Source: Actinobacteria bacterium UBA4426
GTDB lineage: Bacteria > Actinomycetota > Actinomycetes > S36-B12
Direction of reading: 5' to 3'
Assembly (NCBI GenBank): GCA_002390705.1
Contig: DGQA01000005.1
Location: forward strand, 52,623 to 116,622
DNA length: 64,000 bases
Within the stretch, counting starts at the first letter, position 1, and every line of letters starts with the position of its first letter. Shown here one piece after another: positions 57,484 through 64,000 of the stretch. The notes under the pieces were generated by a model, which worked only from the letters and a program-made list of their open reading frames with translations, did no database searches and was not told the DNA's origin. A program made the position numbers and the translations under genes.

Positions 57484-59142
57484 GTGAGCGAATTCGTCCA
57501 TACCGACCAGTTGCCACTTGGTCCTGACTCAACCCAGTATCGCCTTCTCACGACCGAAGGGGTAAGCGTTGAGCGTCTGGGGAATTACGATTTCCTCCGC
57601 GTTGAATCCAGTGCGTTGACGGCACTCACATTTGCCGCCATGCGGGACATCTCGCATTTACTTCGCAGTGACCATCTTGCGCAGCTAAAAAAAATTCTCG
57701 ATGACCCTGAATCCAGTCCGAATGATCGCTTTGTCGCCCTCGACCTACTCAAAAATGCAAACATTGCCGCCGGGGGTGTCCTACCGATGTGCCAAGACAC
57801 TGGGACCGCGATCATTATGGGCAGGCGCGGCCAGCACGTCCTCACGGCCGGCCAAGACAATGCGGACATTTCTCGCGGGGTGTTTGATGCATTTGCCGAA
57901 CTCAACCTGCGCTATTCCCAACTTTCTCCCATAAGTATGTGGGAGGAACGTAATACCGGCACCAATCTGCCGGCACAAATTGAGTTGTATTCCGACCCTC
58001 ACAAGAACCAGTCATATGAATTCCTATTTATGGCTAAAGGCGGAGGCAGCGCAAACAAGAGTTTCCTGTATCAAGAGACCGCGGCTCTATTGAATCCGGC
58101 CAAGTTCACTTCTTTTCTCGATGAAAAACTGCGTGCCATTGGAACTGCTGCCTGCCCGCCCTATCATCTGGCAATTGTCGTCGGAGGAACTAGTGCCGAA
58201 TTCGCTCTTAAAACCGCAAAGCTCGCATCGGCCCATTACTTGGATGGACTTCCCGTTCACGGCTCACCCGATGGCCACGGATACCGCGATCTAGAAATGG
58301 AACATGAGGTTTTCCTGCAAACCCAGGAATTCGGAATTGGAGCACAGTTCGGTGGAAAATATTTCTGCCACGACGTGAGAGTTATTCGATTACCTCGGCA
58401 CGGCGCTTCGTGCCCGGTCGCGATCGCTGTTTCCTGCTCGGCTGACCGGCAAGCGAAAGCAAAAATTACACCCGAAGGGGTATTCCTTGAGCAACTTGAG
58501 ACGGAACCAGCTCATTTCTTGCCCGAAATAGAGGACTCGCACTTGGATGACACCGCGGTGCACATTGATCTCAATGCGCCCATGAACCAAATAAGAGAAG
58601 AACTGAGCAAACTTCCCATTCGCACTCGCGTCTCACTCACCGGATCGCTCGTTGTCGCGCGCGATCTGGCACACGCCCGGATCAAAGCAATGCTTGATCG
58701 TGGGGAACCGATGCCCAGTTATCTCAAAAATCATGCGGTGTACTACGCAGGGCCAGCAAAAACTCCCGGCGGCATGGCATCTGGATCATTTGGCCCGACG
58801 ACCGCGGGCCGTATGGATTCTTATGTTGACCAGTTCCAAAAGGCGGGGGGCTCAATGGTCATGTTGGCCAAAGGAAATCGCAGTGGCGAAGTCACTCGCG
58901 CATGCAAAGAAAACGGCGGCTTTTACTTAGGTTCTATTGGTGGCCCGGCAGCAAAGCTGGCCCAGGACAATATCAAAAAAGTGGAAGTCCTCGATTTTTC
59001 TGAGCTCGGCATGGAAGCGGTCTGGAAGATTGATGTTGTTGACTTCCCGGCTTTTGTGGTGGTTGACGACAAAGGTAATGATTTCTTTGCCGAGACCTTG
59101 CGCCCGATTGCGACCAATATTGCGGTTGGGCCGCCCCAATAG
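57484..59142 (+). CDS. fumA: Class I (Fe-S) fumarate hydratase
   Basis: 552 aa, collinear with E. coli FumA. Shared motifs include [26 protein letters not shown] and [21 protein letters not shown]. Confidence 0.9.
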   Translation: MSEFVHTDQLPLGPDSTQYRLLTTEGVSVERLGNYDFLRVESSALTALTFAAMRDISHLLRSDHLAQLKKILDDPESSPNDRFVALDLLKNANIAAGGVLPMCQDTGTAIIMGRRGQHVLTAGQDNADISRGVFDAFAELNLRYSQLSPISMWEERNTGTNLPAQIELYSDPHKNQSYEFLFMAKGGGSANKSFLYQETAALLNPAKFTSFLDEKLRAIGTAACPPYHLAIVVGGTSAEFALKTAKLASAHYLDGLPVHGSPDGHGYRDLEMEHEVFLQTQEFGIGAQFGGKYFCHDVRVIRLPRHGASCPVAIAVSCSADRQAKAKITPEGVFLEQLETEPAHFLPEIEDSHLDDTAVHIDLNAPMNQIREELSKLPIRTRVSLTGSLVVARDLAHARIKAMLDRGEPMPSYLKNHAVYYAGPAKTPGGMASGSFGPTTAGRMDSYVDQFQKAGGSMVMLAKGNRSGEVTRACKENGGFYLGSIGGPAAKLAQDNIKKVEVLDFSELGMEAVWKIDVVDFPAFVVVDDKGNDFFAETLRPIATNIAVGPPQ

Positions 59143-59161
59143 CGTTCAGCAGACCCACTTG

Positions 59162-59794
59162 TCAGCACATTTTTCTTGTGGGCCAGTGTTTCTTACCCGT
59201 CCCTTTTGCCCAAATGGTCCAGAATGCTCGGTCCTGCCAGTAGCGATTCCATTTATTCATGGGCTTTTTCCGTAATTTTTTGATCAGGCGCACCCCGTCC
59301 TTACCCATCTCTTTTCTGACCTCCGGTTGCATCATCCACGTTACGCCGCGCGCGAGCGCCGGGGAAAACTGATACGCGCCGCGGTAGAAGCCGCCTCGTC
59401 CGGCTCTGTAATGATGGCGGGATTCAGCCTTGGAGATACATTTGCGTAATTTCTCACGTTTGGGCATATGCCACTTGCCCTGATAAAGGCTTGGTTCATA
59501 TCCCATCAGGTCATTGGATTTGCGGGAGCCAAAAGCGTGTACGGTCTCTGCCGCGATTCGATCCTGACGGCTTAACGCGGAGTTAGCGGCCGGATCGTTG
59601 CCTTCATCTCCCACTGGGATTGCGGCATCCCCATCAACCACGGCCGGCTCGGCGACTGGCTCAGCGACTGGCTCAGCGGCCGGTACCGGTGCCGCCTCTT
59701 CGGCCAGTGCCGCAGTGGTGGGAAGAATTAAGGCCAGAATGAGGGTTGGCAGGACGCCAACTGTGCCAAAACTTCCCATCTTTCGCACGCGCAC
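59162..59794 (-). CDS. Secreted transglycosylase-like (Rpf-like) domain protein
   Basis: It has a signal peptide (RVRKMGSFGTVGVLPTLILALILPTTAALA) and an AEPV repeat linker. The C-terminal pattern CISKAESRHHYRAGRGGFYRGAYQFSPALARG fits the C-x3-ES...G-x-Y-x-G-x2-QF-S transglycosylase-like motif. The start is GTG 59794, after GAGGAAAGG; alternatives are 59779 and 59818. Confidence 0.55.
   Translation of the reverse strand: MRVRKMGSFGTVGVLPTLILALILPTTAALAEEAAPVPAAEPVAEPVAEPAVVDGDAAIPVGDEGNDPAANSALSRQDRIAAETVHAFGSRKSNDLMGYEPSLYQGKWHMPKREKLRKCISKAESRHHYRAGRGGFYRGAYQFSPALARGVTWMMQPEVRKEMGKDGVRLIKKLRKKPMNKWNRYWQDRAFWTIWAKGTGKKHWPTRKMC
59646..59681 (-). repeat. 12-nt x3 in-frame tandem repeat (encodes AEPVAEPVAEPA)
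   Basis: The units are ggctcggcgact ggctcagcgact ggctcagcggcc. Confidence 0.85.
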
Positions 59795-59935
59795 ATTCCT
59801 TTCCTCATCAAGTGACATCAACGGTGTCGCACGGATTCACACTAGAAGTTGTGCAATTCGCCTTTTTCCCCAGAACCATTAAGCCACAGGGTGCCCCCGC
59901 GGACAATTCAGATTCGGGGTCGGCTCCCAGTAAAT
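59795..59935 (-). promoter_or_regulatory. Candidate ydaO-yuaA class (cyclic-di-AMP) riboswitch in the 5' leader of the Rpf-like gene
   Basis: The minus-strand RNA contains four blocks in order: CCCGAAUCUGAA-N7-CGGGGGCACCC, then UGGGG..CGAAU, then GUGAAUCCGU, ending at the RBS. The first block closely parallels B. subtilis ydaO (AAUCUGAA-N7-CGGGGGACCC). A closing P1 helix could not be identified by eye. Confidence 0.45.
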
Positions 59936-60161
59936 AATGTGATCTACGTCACGATCTACTTGATTAATCGTTTAGTTCACCTCTCGGGAGCCGGTCGAGC
60001 AGGCAAACAGTTAACAACCATGGACACAAAAGTGCGCAGAAAGTTGCCAAGATCTCACGATCCAGTGGAACACATAAGGCAATGGCGGCTCCCAGTTACC
60101 CGTTCGATCTATCAGGGCAGCAACAGCAGAGCGGATTCTTCACCTGTTCTGCTGCACGTGT

Positions 60162-60929
60162 TCACGTGCCGAAACGACGATTGCGTTCGGCGTATGCACG
60201 AACTGCTCGCAGGAAATCAATTCGCCTGAAGTCTGGCCAAAAAGCTTCACAGAAATAAAACTCCGAGTGAGCGCTTTGCCACAGAAGAAACCCCGACAAG
60301 CGCTGCTCACCGGATGTGCGAATCACTAGATCAGGATCCGGTTGACCTTTTGTGTAAAGGTGTTCAGCAATGTGGTCAACGTCAATCAGTTGGGCCAGTT
60401 CGTCAAGACTTGTTCCTTGACTTGCATGGTCAGCAAGTAGGGACCGCACCGCGTCGACCACTTCACGACGCCCGCCGTATCCCACCGCAACGTTGACCAG
60501 CGATCCATCAATCTCAGCAGTTGCTTCGGCTGATTCCTTGAGAAGATTTGCTGTGTGTGCCGGCAGCAGATCAAGTGCTCCCACAGGATGAATCCGCCAA
60601 CGACCTTCAGTAACCAGATTGCTCACAGTTGATTCAATAATCGTCATTAGCTTCTCAAGCTCAACTTCAGGCCGACTCAAATTATCGGTGGAAAGCAGCC
60701 ACAGAGTGACAACTTCAACCCCTGACTCATCGCACCAGCCAAGGAAATCCACAATCTTAGCGGCGCCGGCCGCATGACCATGTGCCGAAGATGAGCCTTG
60801 AGCATTGGCCCACCGTCGATTCCCATCAAGGATCACACCCACGTGCCGCGGAATTCGATCTACCGGAACTTGAGCTGCCAGGTTACGTTCATAGACGCCA
60901 TAGACGAGATCTTTGAGACCCACCTTCAC
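60162..60929 (-). CDS. uppS: Isoprenyl transferase (cis-prenyl diphosphate synthase, UppS family; possibly a short-chain Z-FPP synthase type)
   Basis: It has the HVGVILDGNRRWA and RTSGEQRLSGFLLWQ motifs. It is adjacent to the thioredoxin-domain YyaL-like gene, as the mycobacterial Z-FPP synthase is. Confidence 0.85.
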   Translation of the reverse strand: MKVGLKDLVYGVYERNLAAQVPVDRIPRHVGVILDGNRRWANAQGSSSAHGHAAGAAKIVDFLGWCDESGVEVVTLWLLSTDNLSRPEVELEKLMTIIESTVSNLVTEGRWRIHPVGALDLLPAHTANLLKESAEATAEIDGSLVNVAVGYGGRREVVDAVRSLLADHASQGTSLDELAQLIDVDHIAEHLYTKGQPDPDLVIRTSGEQRLSGFLLWQSAHSEFYFCEAFWPDFRRIDFLRAVRAYAERNRRFGT

Positions 60930-60977
60930 CCAGCCCTTTCATCCTTGAACAGTTCCGCTGCCTACCGACCCCTGAGG

Positions 60978-62993
60978 CTACTCCTCTGCGGCAATCAGAT
61001 CTCGCAGATGTGGTCTTAGACTAATAAATTCACCCAATTCCTTGGGGTCGCTCGTCGGAAGCTCACAGATCGTGAATCTACAGACTTGAGCGTGGTTCGC
61101 TTCGCCATGCACCCAACGGATTTCCGGGCATAAGGGTGAGAGCAGAGCCAGTCGAGCAAACTTGGCGCTTTCGGGGCCACTCACCACGACCTCCCAAGGA
61201 CCCTGGGCCAGCGACCACATGGCTACGAGACCCCAACCCACTGCCCTTGGGGATCTCAGCGCCAACTGGGGAACTACTCCCAGGGCCTGCTCAGCCCTGA
61301 TTCTCAATTGCAAGAAATCACTCGGAGCAAGCGCACTAAAGCGAACCAGGAGATTCGCCATGGAAAACCATCCTGATGGCTCTGCATTGTCTGCAAAGTC
61401 ACGCGGCCTACGAATCAGTTTTTCAGAATCTCGCGCAGTGTCGAAGAAACCACCATTACCGTCGTCAAAAAACTCAAGGGCGGTGTCCATCAAGGTACGA
61501 GCCAGACTCAGCCACTCTGGCGCCCCGGTCACTTCATAGAGAGTCAATAGCCCCTCTGCCAAATTCGAGTAGTCATCAAGCACTCCCGAATTTTTGCCAG
61601 GGACACCATTGCGCGAAGTTCGTGACAGGCTGCTCGGGCGCGAGCCAGCTCCCAAGTGGACACTGACGACGCAATCGGCAGCGGCTTCTGCCGCTTGGAT
61701 CCATTCAGGTTTATCAAAAATCGAGCCTGCCTCCGCCAGGGCGGAAATAGTTAATCCATTCCATGCGGCAACTACTTTGTCGTCTTGCCCGGGACGGATT
61801 CGCTTGCTTCGCGCTTGGAATAACTCCTGCCGAACCCGGGACCACAAGTTCGGGTCTTGCGGATCAGTGAGCAACTGCAATGTTGACTTTCCGTGTTCGA
61901 AAGTTCCATCTGTGGTGACTTCAAAAAGTTCACACGCCGTATCTGCGAATTCAGCACCAACAGCTTCCGCAATTTCGCTCGGTGTCCAGGCATAAAACTT
62001 TCCTTCTTCACCTTCGCTATCCGCATCAAGAGCAGAGGCAAAAGCGCCCTCAGGCGTGCGCATCTCACGCAAGAGGAATTCAATGCTTTCCCGGACCACC
62101 CGCTCTGCAAGTGGGTTTCCGGTGAGGCGCCACCAGTGGGCATAAGCCCGAATAAGCAGTGCGTTGTCGTACAACATTTTTTCAAAATGTGGAACAACCC
62201 AAGCCTCATCAACGCTGTAGCGGGCAAACCCTCCACCGATTTGGTCGTAAATCCCGCCACGAGCCATGCCCTCAAGGGATGCGAACGCCATGAGCCCGGC
62301 CTGCTGACCCGACTGGGTATCAGTGGTCATGCGTAAAAGAAACTCCAGAACCATCGATGGCGGGAATTTCGGAGCGGCACCAAATCCCGCGTTCTCGCTA
62401 TCAAATGACTCCTGCAATCCGTTTACTGCTCCACGCAAAAACTCCAAGTACTGCTCGTCGTCCAGTGCCGTCAAATCAGTCGCATCAAATTCTTGGGTCC
62501 GATTATCCAATGCGCTGATGATCCGTTTTCCTACCTGCAAGATCTCTTGCTTTCGCTCAACCCAAGTATCGGAAATTGATTGGATCAATTGGCCAAAACT
62601 AGGAAGCCCATGATGCGAGGTCGGTGGGAAATAGGTTCCGGCATAAAACGGCCGGCCTTCATGGTCAATAAACACCGACATGGGCCAACCACCGTGACCG
62701 GTCATGGCAACCGTTGCTTCCATATAGATGGAATCAATATCAGGACGCTCTTCACGATCTACCTTGATATTGACAAAATGCTCGTTAAGAAATTTCGCCA
62801 CATCTGGATTCTCGAATGACTCATGGGCCATGACATGGCACCAATGGCAGGCTGAATACCCAATGCTGAGAAAAATAGGGACATCACGTGCGCGAGCATG
62901 TTCGAAAGCTTCTTCGGACCATTCCCACCAGTCGACTGGGTTATCTGCGTGCTGCAGCAGGTACGGCGAAGTGGAGTGGGACAGGCGATTCAC
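60978..62993 (-). CDS. Thioredoxin-domain (DUF255) / six-hairpin-glycosidase-like protein (YyaL family)
   Basis: Its N-terminus is [20 protein letters not shown]...[12 protein letters not shown]. Length is 671 aa. Confidence 0.85.
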   Translation of the reverse strand: MNRLSHSTSPYLLQHADNPVDWWEWSEEAFEHARARDVPIFLSIGYSACHWCHVMAHESFENPDVAKFLNEHFVNIKVDREERPDIDSIYMEATVAMTGHGGWPMSVFIDHEGRPFYAGTYFPPTSHHGLPSFGQLIQSISDTWVERKQEILQVGKRIISALDNRTQEFDATDLTALDDEQYLEFLRGAVNGLQESFDSENAGFGAAPKFPPSMVLEFLLRMTTDTQSGQQAGLMAFASLEGMARGGIYDQIGGGFARYSVDEAWVVPHFEKMLYDNALLIRAYAHWWRLTGNPLAERVVRESIEFLLREMRTPEGAFASALDADSEGEEGKFYAWTPSEIAEAVGAEFADTACELFEVTTDGTFEHGKSTLQLLTDPQDPNLWSRVRQELFQARSKRIRPGQDDKVVAAWNGLTISALAEAGSIFDKPEWIQAAEAAADCVVSVHLGAGSRPSSLSRTSRNGVPGKNSGVLDDYSNLAEGLLTLYEVTGAPEWLSLARTLMDTALEFFDDGNGGFFDTARDSEKLIRRPRDFADNAEPSGWFSMANLLVRFSALAPSDFLQLRIRAEQALGVVPQLALRSPRAVGWGLVAMWSLAQGPWEVVVSGPESAKFARLALLSPLCPEIRWVHGEANHAQVCRFTICELPTSDPKELGEFISLRPHLRDLIAAEE

Positions 62994-63059
62994 ATGCGGT
63001 AGCGTAACTTGTACGGTCTAAAAGGGAAACATACACGGACGTAACAGCGAAGGAGTTGC

Positions 63060-63233
63060 ATGTTCGAAAAAGCAAAAAAAGAATATGATGAAGCAATAGA
63101 TCGAAACATCACATTAGGTGAGTTAGCCAATCAAAAAACAAGTACCGCAGAACCCAAGTCTCACCGGGTGCTCAGCAAGGTCATTATTTTCTCTGCCATG
63201 GCAATTGCTATTGCATTGCTGATTATTCTTTAA
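63060..63233 (+). CDS. Small tail-anchored membrane protein (hypothetical), not in the supplied ORF track
   Basis: My translation is MFEKAKKEYDEAIDRNITLGELANQKTSTAEPKSHRVLSKVIIFSAMAIAIALLIIL (57 aa). GAAGGAG lies 4 nt upstream of the ATG. It sits in a locally AT-rich patch. Its 3' end overlaps the convergent SPFH gene by 11 nt. Confidence 0.4.
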   Translation: MFEKAKKEYDEAIDRNITLGELANQKTSTAEPKSHRVLSKVIIFSAMAIAIALLIIL

Positions 63234-64000
63234 CGAATCCCTTTTTTAACACTTCCATTGCTCCCGTGAGTTCACTGGGGATCACCCACACTTTATTCGC
63301 ATCTCCTTGTGCGATTCCTGGCAGAGTTTCTAAATAGCGGTGTGCCAAAGCCGAAGCAGACGGGTTGGCCTCGTGGATCGCCCCGTAAACTTTCTCCAGC
63401 GCAGCAGCCTCACCTTGAGCTCTTACTACTGCGGCTTCTGCCTCCGCGTTCGCTCGGACAACCTCAGATTCGGCAAAGCCTTGAGCCATGAGAATTGCAC
63501 TTTGCTTCTCACCCTCCGCCGTAAGGATCGCGCTTTGCTTTTCTCCTTCTGCAATCAAAATGGCGGCGCGGCGCTCCCGCTCAGCTTTGAGTTGCTTCTC
63601 CATGGATTCTTGTACCGACTTAGGTGGGTCAATTGCCTTAAGCTCAACCCGGTTGACCCGAATACCCCACTTACCAGTTGCTTCGTCAAGGACCCCTCGC
63701 AGCTGGCCATTGATTTCATCACGGGAAGTCAAGGTTTGCTCAAGGTCCATGGAACCGATCACATTTCGCAATGTGGTTACCGTGAGTTGCTCAATTCCCA
63801 CCAGGAAACTCGAAATCTCGTAGGTCGCTGCTTTAGGGTCGGTGACCTGGAAGTACACCACAGAGTCAATAGAAACTACCAAGTTGTCTTCAGTGATTAC
63901 CGGTTGTGGTGGGAAAGATGCAACCTGCTCCCGCATGTCTACTCGGTCACGAATTCGGTCAACAAACGGAATCAGAATTGTAAGGCCCGGTGTTAGGGTG
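63223..64000 (-). CDS. SPFH/Band-7 (stomatin/HflK/C-like) protein, 5'-partial at the window edge
   Basis: It has an SPFH core (DNLVVSIDSVVYFQVTDP...) and an Ala/Glu-rich coiled coil with an internal repeat (AEGEKQSAIL x2). The frame stays open upstream of the first Met to position 64000. Confidence 0.85.
   Translation of the reverse strand, partial: TLTPGLTILIPFVDRIRDRVDMREQVASFPPQPVITEDNLVVSIDSVVYFQVTDPKAATYEISSFLVGIEQLTVTTLRNVIGSMDLEQTLTSRDEINGQLRGVLDEATGKWGIRVNRVELKAIDPPKSVQESMEKQLKAERERRAAILIAEGEKQSAILTAEGEKQSAILMAQGFAESEVVRANAEAEAAVVRAQGEAAALEKVYGAIHEANPSASALAHRYLETLPGIAQGDANKVWVIPSELTGAMEVLKKGFVKE

Noticed and set aside
59849-60229. A 126-aa plus-strand ORF in the long leader region between the Rpf-like gene and uppS.
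   Set aside because: It has no RBS and a Arg/Pro/Cys-rich odd composition. It runs antisense into the 3' end of uppS. The region is better explained as a structured 5' leader of the minus-strand gene.
1-64000. I searched the window for a defence island or otherwise novel multi-gene system. This covered CRISPR arrays, restriction/modification, toxin-antitoxin pairs, retrons, nuclease-helicase-ATPase clusters, integrases and transposases.
   Set aside because: Every ORF longer than about 100 aa on the favoured strand could be assigned to a housekeeping or common conserved-hypothetical family, and the gene order is typical actinobacterial core synteny. I saw no spacer-repeat arrays and no mobile-element enzymes. 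Claiming a new system would not be supported by what I can read.

Overview
The window reads as syntenic core chromosome of an Actinomycetota genome. This is inferred from mshB (mycothiol), the DUF3107/DUF3117/DUF4245/DUF5302 families, the dapE-dapD-gltA-dapC-fdxA, ispH-xseAB-glpX and ftsEX-smpB-ssrA blocks, and moderate GC. Almost all of it is tightly packed housekeeping CDS on both strands. I found one tmRNA. I saw no rRNA, no tRNA, no CRISPR, no transposase or integrase, and no recognisable defence-type gene content. I therefore cannot point to a convincing new multi-gene system.

The parts that deserve a second look are small and mostly non-coding:
1. A 22-nt direct copy of the tmRNA 3' end lies 1.8 kb downstream of ssrA. 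It brackets an integrase-less two-gene cassette (TspO plus NlpC/P60 peptidase).
2. A 38-nt structured repeat abuts the stop codons of two secreted/membrane-protein genes in the same neighbourhood.
3. A 340-nt gene-free leader precedes an Rpf-like transglycosylase gene. It carries ordered ydaO (c-di-AMP riboswitch)-like blocks, alternative-pairing 8-mers and a direct-repeat box.
4. The DEAD-box helicase has its Q-motif upstream of any ATG/GTG/TTG.
5. An unlisted 59-aa pilin-position ORF sits in a compact Tad/Flp locus.
6. A 14/28-bp tandem repeat spans the glpX stop codon.

All family assignments come from motif recognition by eye in the supplied translations. No database search was run.
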